From positions 2,976,001 to 3,040,000 of the forward strand of contig CM039001.1 in assembly GCA_017499595.2 (NCBI GenBank): a stretch of DNA of 64,000 bases. Reading direction: 5' to 3'. The notes beneath the pieces are model-generated. The model had not been told where the DNA came from, made no database searches, and was given only the letters and a program-made list of their open reading frames with translations. Origin of the DNA: Psilocybe cubensis. Taxonomy: Eukaryota. Shown here one piece after another: positions 50,413 to 62,577 of this stretch. How positions within the stretch are numbered: position 1 is the first letter of the stretch; the number at the start of each line of letters is the position of its first letter. Made by a program: the position numbers and the translations under genes.

Positions 50413-51671
50413 TTAAACTGTACGAGCTTGCCATTGCCACTGCCTGCTAGCTCCAGGAGTTGTCTGAGAGGTTTCAAAGTTTTCAGATTGCGTAGATTGC
50501 GAACGGTCCGCTCTCGATTCATCTCTATGAAAATTTAGCTGAGAAATCATTTGGGAGGTCGAACGGTTCTCTTTTTCTCTTTTTTCCTCGCGTTTTGTGG
50601 CGTTTCTGGAGGCGATAAGGGTTGGGGCTATGCCCTTTGCATACGGACTCAGAAAGTGTATCCGGTGCGAAGCTGCAAGGTTTACTCACAGTGACGGGAA
50701 CCAAGATAGCATCAAAGTCCTGAACCGCTTGAATTACACCAGGTGTAACCACTCCAAAGTCCAACATCAAATGCGTAACTCCACAGATCAAAATGACCGC
50801 TGTGTATAATAGTCCGGACTCGACCAGAATTTTTATGGTGTAATGGTAGCGACTTATGTCATTGTTTCCTCGACTTGATACGTCGACGATCCGATATATG
50901 ATGAGGCCGGACGTTGTTATTGTGGTGCACAAGGATAAAATAAAGTAGAGGTCGAGGAAGCCAAATCTAGACCCCAGTGTGATATGTAAAACCAAAAATA
51001 TCGGGAGAATAACTTCAAACTGTAAATGAGAAATGGCACCATACGCAATTTTTAACTCACTAATTTCTCCGACAAGAACGAGACCGTACACGGCTAATAT
51101 TAACTTGGTTTGCCATAGCATATAACATCGCCAAACCTGGACTCGGAATACAAAATGAAAGCCTATTCGCGACTCACGAATATGTGACGGTAGCTTATCT
51201 GGCTTACCATAAATGTATCTGCAATAATAACAGAAATTGCTAGAGTTCCATATGCCACTTTTTGCATCGTAGACTCTGGGCCAGTGAATAAATCTTGCGC
51301 CATTGATTCCCGTGAGGTATCATGAACGACCACCACAGAACGACATGTGCTCCATGCCGCCGCCAAGTTTATCACAATAACAACAAAAAGGGTGCTCAAT
51401 GTTCCGCTGACAATTCTCTTTTTTTGCTTTACAGAAGGCCCTGGGGTGTATAAGTCGCTAATAAAGCACATGAGCGGTCGAGCATACCAATAGCTTGGAG
51501 AAAAAGTAAAGCATAGATTCCTCGAGAATCAGTGTCAGTAGCGAAAACGACTATCCTGATTGGATAGAACCAACCTGTAGTGAATGACTGCAACAGTGTC
51601 GATTCGACAAGGGAGTCGATTGTCGCTTGGACAACCCACAATTGGTGCTGAGCTGATTGGGGAATGGGCAT
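50413..51671 (-). CDS. Agaricomycete multi-pass membrane protein (hypothetical, 7TM-like)
   Basis: Hydrophobic spliced ORF with IIADTFM/VWRCY, KILVESGLLY and GIAPTLI motifs; ATG at 51671, TAA at 50413. Confidence 0.75.
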
Positions 51672-52299
51672 GGTCACAATGAACTAAATCCATCGTTTCT
51701 AGTTTGGTTCGTTTTATAGGAAGTGAGAATGCTATCGAAGTAATGGCGAGTGAAGAGTACGGTCTTACTACATCCGAGTCGTTGGCAGTTGATCGCTTCA
51801 TTGGCAGTTGCCGATTGTTTATCCCAATATGGTCAATTCGAATAGGTTTCCAGTTTTGCGAGCTCCAACTAAACTTTCTATCAGCTGGTGACCACAGATG
51901 CGCAGAACGTCAGCTGTCATGGATAAGGAGAATGAAGATTTTTTCCCATGAGTTGACAACCTTTGGCTGTTGTAGGGTGTCGGCCGTGGCAACTCAGTGC
52001 TATTCATCTCATCGATTACTAAAGAAAGTAGCCAAGTAAGGGACCCCGGGGGATAGAGGGGAAACGGTGATAAAGGGAAGTGTCATGGTAAGTGATGATG
52101 ATCGACAAAATTTTTTCCAGTCAGAGACATCCATACAAATTACAAGTGCATCTTCTTGAGATATACTGACACACTTTCCTTTTTTTAAATAGCCTTCCTT
52201 GGTAGATTGCTGGATGGACGGGGATCTAATCCGAGGCTTGATTCAACCTCAGATTCTCTTTCGTTGAAGTATAACTGTGAGATTGTTTGAACAGGCTGG

Positions 52300-53252
52300 G
52301 ACTCAGATCTATATTGTCACCGACACTGACAGTTCACGAGCGTTGGTATCATACCCAATTATAAGCGCCATATCAATTGAAGGTCAACGTTTTCGAGCGC
52401 CCAATGACTTACAGTGACAGGGTCCAAGATAGCTTTAAGTAAAATTAAGCATGTAAGCTCAAGATATCTGCAGGATAAGCAGAATACCGCAAATAAGCAT
52501 GTTCTTGGTGTGAAGGGACCCCCGACTTGACTAAGATCTTGGGTATTCGACCGGTATTGAAGCTGCAAAAGTGACGCTCAAGGATGGCGCAAAGTAGACG
52601 TCAAGAAAATCCCAATGAGATCCCATAGTTATGTTAACAGCGACGCAGCGACGCAAAGAAACTGATTGTTAGAGGATCAATAAAGCTAAAATGATATTAA
52701 ATTTGCCAAGGGGTGATACTTCAATAAACCTTACCGCATTCTCCAAAAAAATACCACAGAGTATCCTTGCAGCATCCACCTGCTTCTCTCCCAAAGAACG
52801 TTGCGTCTCCATGCCTAGAATGGATCAAGGTGAATTTGTATCTTTTAGTTATGTTTATGCCATACCAAAAGGGTTTCGGAAATAGGAATAGCGAGGTCAA
52901 TGAGGCAATTGACGTCTTTTGTGCCATGGAATGGCCAGTGTTATCGAATTCTTGTATCATACCGTTTTGCGTAGCATTATCGAGGTCCACGAATGGGCAA
53001 AGCATTTGCCACACTACAATTAAGTTAGTACGAAATATGACGACGAGGGCTGCCGGCGTAACATACCTGTTTTGTCGACGAATGTATGTCAGATTGTGCG
53101 ATCGTGAGCGGAATCACAAGGAGTCATCTGTACCGATTCCTCAAAAAATATCAAACTACAGATGTCTTCAATAAATTTCAGATGGCTGATATGATAGATT
53201 CAACCAAAAACATACCTGTAAAGAGCAATTGGAGGTTTTGGCTTCTATCCAT
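52300..53252 (-). pseudogene. Decayed tandem paralog of the adjacent membrane-protein gene
   Basis: Fragments LQLLFT, AWRRNVLW, NITMGSHWDFLDVYF (vs HITLGSRFGFLDLYF), KILVKSG, AILDPVT and GMIPTLV in collinear order, with frame breaks and a deletion. Confidence 0.65.
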
Positions 53253-53944
53253 GCTTGGTTCAATTGCGGTGGCTGGATTTGGGATGACGAAAAAAATCAA
53301 GGCTTCAAAGCTCTGTAGCTTTAAGTGATAAAGTAGACCGATCAAGTCACATACGTTAAATCTAATAACCTCGACTACTCCTGAGGATATTGTGTTGGCC
53401 AGGCTGATCTAGTAGGTGAAGTTGATCTGACATTTGCCCGGAGCGCCACCCTATAATATGTTTCGTTGCATCGTTGATTAGAAGATGTAGCGTTGGGGGC
53501 ATATGTACTAGTATGATGAAAATTGTTGGGTGTTTGTTCCAATGAAAAAGCGTTCCTGTGATTCATGAAAGTCGAATGTCAACGTTATAGCTTGGTTATA
53601 GCTTGATTCCTTGAATTAAAGCCGTGAAATTAGAGTTCTTTTTGCGGTAGGCCCTGTGGATGTGCTATGCAGTCCCTCCACTTTCATTGTGTTTCTCAGT
53701 CTTTACTGAGAGAGAATAGGATGAATCATTGATGGTTGAATGTGAACGTCGGTGCCAGAGAGACATGTTGTTCGAAGCCAGGATTCTTCGCATCACGTGC
53801 CTACGGGTTGTGCGACCTTGGACTCAAATTCGAAATCCTTTCGAATGAACCGTCACTCTGTGAAGCATCGACAAACTACGGTCACCGAGCAACCTTGATA
53901 CTGAAAACTACTGTTATCTGGTAACCCCAGAATTTGCTTGAGAG

Positions 53945-56900
53945 ATGAGTTATGAACGTCACGGTCGTGGAGGTGGATACCGTAATAAACGGAACCACTA
54001 TCGAGACAGAGGTGAGGAATGGGCGTTATGTTGAATGAGTGACTGTATGAAACTTTCTCTTCTGGGATTGCGCAGATGATTATGATGACCGCCGACGTGA
54101 TTATGAGTCTCCAGACGACAAACTCAAAACAGCAATTATCAAATTGGGCGAAGTTGTGAGCTGTTTCGTGACTTGTTCTGCTCTCACTTCGAAGCTGACT
54201 GTAGTATCACCAGGATCCTATAGAAGAACTTCCGCGGTTAGAACAACAAATTCGTGATCATGTTCCCCGCAACATTCCCATTCTCTCAGAGGCATTTCGA
54301 ATAGGGTACGTGCTATGCTCATTGTGGTTGCTGTGCACGATTCTTAACGCATGTTCTAGAGTTACAGAACAACCATATAAGATTCCTTTCTATGCTGCAC
54401 TTTTGCGTCTGCTTCATAACCCAACAGAACTTTCAATTCCTGGTGAATCACCGCTTGGTCGACTTGTTTTGGAGGATTTCTGGAAAGGCTTTCAAGCTTA
54501 CCTCGACAAAGTGGAGTGGAGAGAGACGCGTCTTTGCGTGAGTTACCCTCTTATTCAGTGGGAAGACAGTTTTATTGACAATGAATAGATTCATTTCTTT
54601 GCCCATTTGACTGTGGCCAGGCTGATTTCTACTGATTCTATGTTTGCTCTTCTTAGGTCATTTACATCTGTGTTGGATGAGTTCGGCGTATCCCATGGAC
54701 GAGCTAAACGGGCGGCTTTATGTGCCGGAGAGGGACTACTATTGGTTCGTAGCTTGACACTCAATTCGTGAACGAAATTTATGACATTGTTAGGCCGGTC
54801 CTGTCCTCAAAGCGGCCTCCCCTGCCATTACCGATGAGATAATCACAGCAATCCAAACATATGCAGACTCTACTGCACAAGAAAAATGGCTGGTATCGCC
54901 TTCTACTAGAATATCCAACCAGATGATGCCGAGTGACGGCACAGTTGAAGTAAGCTATTTAAGCAGCGCGACTCTACTGTCCACATCTCATTGTTCATTC
55001 ATAGCTCCTCGATATTCTTTTAAGTTCGTTGGTAACGTTAAACGCGACCGACTTCAAAGATACAGAAAACTGTGTTCCTCAGCCATATAAAAATAATGAA
55101 GAAATTGACTCAACGGTCTTGACGCCTTATGTCCTGCCCGCTGTTTTGGTTCCTCCTGAAGTCATTGAAATCGACTCAATGTCAACCGAGTCTGGTGAAG
55201 AATCTCAAGTTAAAAAAGATGAATGGCCCGAGTTCTTCATTCGTCTATTCCCCGACGACGTTCGTCCGTCCTTGATTTTCGCTCTATTACTTTGGCTCAC
55301 CCTAACCCTTCCTTAGGTTTCTCCGGATCCCAAGAGCCCTCCGGGATACATTGTTCGTACAGCGTTATTAGACATAATCGATATCTTCGAAGTCAACCGT
55401 AAGGAATGCGCAAGGCTTTTGCTGGAATATCCCAAATGGAATCTCCCTGGGACTTTCAAACCAAAACCAGGTGCCCCCGTCGAGTCAGAGCCTACGCCTG
55501 GCAAAGATTGGCAGCTCGAGAGTACCATCATCGAGGTAGCGTTTATTGATTTTATTATCTTAGTGTATTTTATCGATTTCCCATCAGACAGTTCTTGGTG
55601 CATACTTGATTCTGCCGGAATCATCCAAAAAGTCGATCTACTACATTGCTCTCATTACAGAATTATGCAAACTTTCGCCTTCAACAGTTGGTCCCGCAGT
55701 AGGAAAATCGATTCGTAAGCTGTATAACTCTCTTTCGGATGGCCTTGATGTTGAGGCTGCGAGACGATTTGCTGAGTGGTTTGCTGTTCATATGAGCAAT
55801 TTCGGATTTTCATGGGTGTGGAAGGAGTGGTAAGTAAAATTTATCCAATGAAGCTTCGTGAATTAAATACATTTGTTGTCGCTTTAGGGTTCCTGACCTA
55901 TCTCTACCCGTCCAACATCCGCGCCGTGCGTTCATGCGCAGGGCAGTTGAATTTGAGGTTCGTTTGGCATACCATGACCGCATTCTGAAGACGCTTCCGC
56001 CATCAATGCAATCGCCTGATGCGTACACTATTCCGGAGCAAGCTCCGTCACCTGCATTCGAATACGATGACCCTAGTAAGTGGAAGGCCAAATTTCAGTG
56101 CCAAATTGTACTAATATGGTTTCAGCCAATGCACATCATGATGCTGCAGTTGCAGTATTGAACCTCTTCCGTGGTCGAGCGAAAGTGGAAGATGTCATCA
56201 GCCACCTCGACTCGCTCAAGAGTACACTCGAAACATCAGAAGACGGACACATAAACGTGGACTCCGTTGTTCGAAGTATTGTCGTCCAGTCACTTTTACA
56301 TATCGGCTCGCGCTCGTTTTCACATTTCCTCAACGCGATTGAGCGTTATCTCCCTCTGCTACGCAACCTCGCGAGCGGCGGTATTTCCGGCTCTGGTGGG
56401 AGTGGAAATCCTGAAGCCAAGGCGGATGTGCTCACGGCTGCTGCCTCATTCTGGAAACACAACAGACAGATGGTCGCAATTGTGTTTGACAAGCTCATGC
56501 AATACCAAATAGTCGACCCTACAGACGTCGTTGGGTGGACATTCCTTAACGGTGTTGCTGTTGGTCAGCTGGCTGAATTAGCTGGGCCAATGAATCTTAG
56601 TGCGTTTGAGTGGGATTTGCTCAAAGGCGCGTTAGATAAGGCCAATGGCCGAGTGACGATTGCGAAGAGGAAAGTGGCAGCATTGAGAAAGGAGGATGAT
56701 GACGCTCGGGCTCGATCCAAAGCTAGGGCTGATGAGACTATGGAGGTTGATGCTGAACCGAAAGGTATGCATTTCTCTTTCTTTCGCTAGATCAAACGTT
56801 AACGGATACTTTTCTCAGAATCGGCAGAGGATGCGGTGCCAGCGGTACCAGAGAAAGAGGTTCCTCAGGTGGAAAATCCTGCGATAACAACTGCATTGAA

Positions 56901-57307
56901 AGCCTTTTCTAGCCTTACAAAAGAACAGAAAGCAGCCCTTTCACGTACCCTCGAAGGCTTTGTTTCATGCCTTGCTCCATCACCTACTGACACCAACGCG
57001 AACCCTCACGCTCGTACTGTCATTACCGAAGCTGCCTGGGAGAACCGAGGGAACTGGGGTCGGGATGAGTGGAATGCGTGGGAAACGTGGGGATGGTATC
57101 GCCAATTCTGCAGAGCGGTATGTGTTTCCCCCTTGAATACCTATACTTTTACTTATGCATTCATTGGACGAATAGTATGCACCTTACTTGCGAACATATT
57201 CGAACACTCTCTACGCAGTATCGTTCTCCCGATTTGAGCATGCGAAGGATCCAGCTGCGGACTTGCTCAAGCTAGTGTGGAACATTGCTACCGGCCAAGA
57301 ACCATGA
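53945..57307 (+). CDS. CBP80: Nuclear cap-binding complex large subunit (CBP80/Sto1, MIF4G-like domains)
   Basis: VTEQPYKIPFYAALL, YYIALITELCK, RFAEWFAVHMSNFGFSWVWKEW, HPRRAFMRRAVEFEVRLAYHDRI, QSLLHIGSRSFSHFLNAIERY. Confidence 0.93.
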
Positions 57308-57701
57308 TAAAGTCATTCCACAGCTTTCGTTTGCCTGTGAGATTGGTTATTCATTCCGCTACATTGTACTTGAATTATTGTTCAACTACTACCTCTAGCG
57401 GCTGCTTGGTGGCGGCTATCATGTTTAGCAGTGTTTTTCTACTATAGACTAGGTATCGTAGTCAAATTCACTCGGATATCTCATGTTATATGCACAAGCG
57501 AGACGAGTTGCATTTTTTTTAACTGAAAGGACCAAGAGTAACTATAGTTGACTAGAATGTCCTATCTAAATGGTAAAAACCTGGATGTATTCAGATTTAT
57601 ATATCTGTATTTTCTTGGATCAATGAAACTGCCAATGCATGTATGGCAAATTCACGGACAGACAACTGCAATACAATGATGACACAAACTTGAAAATTAT
57701 T

Positions 57702-58213
57702 AGGCTGAGTTGTAAGCGGTTAGTTGGAAGCGGGAAATGAGAGGTCTGTCCATCTCTATCTGTCTCGCTATTCTCGCTCACAATGCAGTTATCACACAGG
57801 ATCGATACGGCGTACTAGTTTTCTAGGAAGGGATGTTTCAAGTGTGGCAATCGCGAGTTATTAATTCTCTTTCTCTTGTTTATCGCCCGCCTAAACTAGA
57901 GTCAGTGGGCCACATCGCCGAGAATTGCTCTTCTGAGCAGCGTCTGTGCTATATAATTGCAGACAGCCCGGCCACGAATCATCCGCCTGTCCTTCCCCGA
58001 GGACAGTTACCGCAAAACAGTGCTACTCCTGCGGTGGAGTAGGTCATATCCAGGGTTCGTCCTCCTTTGCATCTTTCACTTTCTTCCATCTCATTGTCAC
58101 CTACAACAGAGGAATGCCCTAGCCTGAGGATCCAGCAGAGCGGCAACCAAAAGTGCTACGTGAGTTTCAGACCCATGTCTCTCTCTTCGCCACACCGGCT
58201 CACATGCACGCCT
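57702..58213 (+). pseudogene. Truncated, intron-containing duplicate of the zinc-knuckle gene (source 2491-3000)
   Basis: High identity including the 5' region and introns; ATG>ACG at 57807, CAG>TAG at 57816, first donor GT>GC, 2-bp TA insertion near 57951; 3' half missing. Confidence 0.95.
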
Positions 58214-58986
58214 CGACTGATCACCCATTGTATACCAGCTGAACATCATTGAAGATAGCTCATATTTAAATGTGACTACTAGTATTACTATAGATTGAGA
58301 CGGGTAGTAATGAAACGAAAGCGAGTTATGAAAAGTATTTGGCCATACACAAGATATGGGCGCGCATAAGGACAGAAAAACCACAGGACTTGAAACCACT
58401 AGACCTAGAAATAAAAGGAAGCCACTGTAGTGTTAGCTGTGACTATTCAACGATTGCTTGATGTAGGCTTTCTGATTGGTAGTGTTTAAGCTCACTTTAA
58501 TCAATTTCAAACATCTCGTCTGGTGCTTTGATGGCTTCACCCTGACGAATCAAATCTAGGATGAGATTCTGACCCCAAGCTGGTTTCACTGCAAGTCGCT
58601 TTGGCTCGATGTCTGTCACTATGAAGTTTTACTTATGTACTGAATCTAAATTTATACTGCACAAGACTTACTCTTGAGACAGCGTCTGGTCAAGGTAAAT
58701 TTTCTTATCTTTTCTCTTGAACCACTCAAGAAGAGAAGACAAAAAAAATCCTGTCATAGATTTTCTGTATCAATATCATACAAGAAAGTGCTGTGTCTCG
58801 ACTTCAAGGAGCGAGTAGTAGGCTCTCATACTGAAATTTAGTTGATGAAGTCGTTCGTGATCATCAAAGAGAAATACTCCTATCTTAAAAAAACATTACG
58901 TCGTTATCAGTCTACTCTAAAATAAGTCTTTCTATACAGTAATTCTAAGCAAAATCCAGAGGGCAGTGCACGTATGAGTCGTTAAC

Positions 58987-61864
58987 TTATGCTTTAACTT
59001 CGTCCATGCGTCCCCAAAGACCTCCCTATATACAAATTACGCATATTAGCATTGAATTATCCTGGCATATCAAATGTTAAATGTACTGACCTTCACAAAC
59101 AATGTGAGGTGCATAGCAGGTCTAATCTTTTCTGTCGCCCGTCTTCCACTTCCTTCAGCCCAGCTCGCCGGAGGTTTGCTGTCCTCAGGCTGAGCATCGG
59201 GAGCGAGCCTGAAGTTGGTAAATTGCTGCAGCATTTTGACAAGGAAGAAAGATGCTTCCTGGAGGGCGAACTGTTATAAATAAAAAACGAAAACAGGGAA
59301 ACGTTCAAACGTTAATTCGGATATTGAGAACGAGAAGGTCACACCTGTTGGCCGAGACAGATACGAGGACCTGCGTTGAATGGAAGGAAGATGTAAGGGT
59401 TAGGTGTGATGTACTTGTGTAGGCGTTCGTCTAGGAAACGGTCGGGGTCGAATTCTTCCGCTGGTAGGACGGAATCAATGTTGTTATACGACGCATATAT
59501 GCGTTAAAGACTGAGCATACCATCGGGACCCCACAAGTCTGTTCTGCGGTGCATATGGAAAATGCTATACAGAATTCTAGATAACAGCAAGGTCAATTTC
59601 ATCAGTTTTTTAAATCGCATCCGACTCTGGCAAATACAGACCTTGTATTTTTTGGCACGTAGTATGGCTTGGATCCAGGAGTTCGAGATGTCCATATAGC
59701 GGCTTCAGTGGACATGCTAAGGAATAGAGTCAGTAAACGAGATCTATATCAACCTAAAAACAAGACGACCCACCGGCTGTTGAATGGGCTATTACGCATT
59801 CTATCATTAGCTAAAATTGCGAGAAGATTTCGGCGATGCTTACACTGGTGGGTAAAGCCTCAACACCTCTATATGGAGAAAGTTCATAATGAGGTGATAA
59901 GCATATACGTTATGAAAGTATGACCGACCGTTCAAAAATGCTCTCAAGTACTTTAGATCCCGGAGGTTATCGTATGAAGGCCTATTCGTCGGACCAACAA
60001 TATCAAGTATTTCATTTCGGAGACGCTCTGCGATGTCTGGGTGTTCTGCGAGCATATAAAATGCATATGTTAACGTTGTCGACGTCTATAGAATCTTGCA
60101 TGAGAATTTGCAAGCAGAATATTATGGAAAGAGCGTACAGTATCGCGACCTGCCACGAGAAGATTAATCATCTGTGAAGTCATGCCAAATCAGTCAGAAA
60201 GAGCCAACCACCACACTGTGTCATAACATTATTACCTCATCCTTGAGGACGTCGAAATCTATTCAAATTATGTGAAGTCAGTTTGACTAGGACTAGAGAA
60301 TGGAGTTGAACACAAACCTTGCGTTTCCTGGACAAGATTTTTTAGAAGAGTTTCTCCCTCGGAATCATCGACCTTGGAGTCGCCTAGAAGTTCCCGTTGC
60401 TTCTTTTCCTCCAATGCCTTCCTCAAGGGCGGCTCAATGAAATCTTCAAGAATTCGCCTCAGTGGCGCAATCTTGTCACCCCAGAATTCACCCATAGGCC
60501 AGTTGGGGCCCATACGAGCACGGTAGGCGACTTGAATTTGAGCGGCAAGGAATGCATCAGCGAACACGTTAGAGGGATGATTCAGAAATTCGGTCGAGTT
60601 CTGAACTTTGGATTCAGGAGAGTACGGCAGACCGGCAGAGAGGGATTGGACGTCATGCCCGAAAAGATATTGAGTAGCGGAGTCAAGCGTGAAGCGCGAT
60701 GTTAAATCCTAAAGGAACGTGTAGTGGAGTCAGTATCAAATTTCAGTTTTCACAAAAGCATATGGAGCAAAAAGGAGCCTGTGGGGCGCTGGTGGCTGTA
60801 GCCTGTAACAATATACTGACCTGGATATCGACGGCCTGACCTTCGGCTAGGCGATCCTTGGCAAGTTTGAGCGCTCGATCCGCGTGATCCTCGAAGATAT
60901 CGAAGTCGCTGATTCGGTCGCGAGTGAAGAAGGGGCGAGTCATGGTTCGGTGGAATCTTATGCGTTGATCATCAATACAGCTTGAATGAGAGAAGTTAGT
61001 TAAATGAAAGTAGCTCACTTCCACATGGAACCTGTTGTGCAAAAATGTCAGCGTCTCTCTATAGCGGAGACGATCAAAGAAGGACAACAGACCATCGGAA
61101 TTGAATACACCGATACCAAGAAGAGACTTCAGTTGGCTGTGCAAGATGGGGCCTATAGAAACTGTGTCAATAAGGTTTACTTCTAGTACAAGAAAGTTGT
61201 TACCTTTGCCGAAAGACTCAAATTGAGTAGCAAGAATGGCCTGTGGTGCAAATTAATACATGTATCCAGAATAGACTTCGACACTATTTACTTTGAAGTG
61301 ATCGGGTTCAAAAGTCACGATCTGCGAATTTTATTTGAGTTGAGGACGGACTGGACAAAGCAAGATAGAAAGCGTACTCGATTATCGGATACAAGTCTTA
61401 ACTGATAGACGTTTCCATACATCTCTTTCCACTTCAAGATCAAATCCCCTAATAATAGATAGTTGAGTGATGTCCTCCTCGGTTCAAACTCATGAAAGCT
61501 GGCACTTACCAGGATAGCCATTCTTGAGGTCTTGTACAAGCTGTTTCATCAGGGACAAACCCGCAAACGCAGGCCGTTCCTCCTGAACATGAGGAATTAC
61601 AAACGCGCCGCTTGCGGCGGCAGCTTTTGCGACACTGTATCTTGTGTAATAGCGTTGAAAAACGGAGAAGAGAGGGCGCGCCAGCAAAGCAGCAGCGATA
61701 TACAACCACGTCGGTATGGCGCGATTTGCAAAAACTGCATCGGCGCGAAGAATAGATATTGCCACTGTCGGTGGACCGAGGAAGAAGGGCAATAACTTGA
61801 GGAGGTATAGAGGTCCTGGGGGAATCACGAATGCGCTTCGCGATGCTCGAGGGATAGATTCCAT
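58987..61864 (-). CDS. Cytochrome P450, CYP63/CYP52-clan-like
   Basis: [47 protein letters not shown] (ExxR), FDPDRF, heme motif [13 protein letters not shown]. Confidence 0.93.
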
Positions 61865-62577
61865 GAAGACTGAGTAACGATTTCAAGTGGGGGGCTTTTT
61901 CTTGGTGAAATTTCAAGCCTCTCAGGCCTCAGATTTTAAAGCAGGTGATGCGTAGAAGTATTTGAGCCAAGATGGCCAGGAATAGATGGAGAAGGACTTT
62001 GGGCGCTGTTGGGATTCTAAAAATCGTCTAAAGGGCGTTTTATATGCACGGGTGTGGTGGGCACATAACTGTGTACGTGATCGTTGCATTGATTGTGGAT
62101 CAAGATAGGGTCGCAGAAACCAGTAATCCGGTGGACATAATTGCAATGCCAGTGAATACATTCACGGCATTAGGCAACGTCGACTTGCCAGGATGCTGAT
62201 TCGGAAACGTCATAGCGAGACCACGATTCTTTGCACAAAGGTCGTCAAAGAAGATGACGTTTTAACTCGGAGACTGACCGAATGCTCGAATCAGCATAGA
62301 TGACAGGACTGTCATTTTCATGAGTTTCCTACGATATAGAGTGGCGATTCGGACGAACGTCATGCGAAAGAAGCAAAGCGCGAGAAACTGTTAGCGTATC
62401 CGGCTACTCCCTTGGTAGCACCGGCTACTTGCAGTAGCCGGTTATTTATTGCACGCTCAAGTTCAACGCCAGCGACAAGGCGAAAGCAAAATTGACTAAA
62501 AAACGGCAAGGCCGGAGTAGCATAGACGAACCTCGAATAAAAAAATTATCTAAATGCACAACGGGTTTACAACGCAG

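Noticed and set aside
34679-53800. TCACGTG E-box motifs in promoters (near 34679, 41400, 53793)
   Set aside because: Plausible bHLH sites, but too short to support without conservation data
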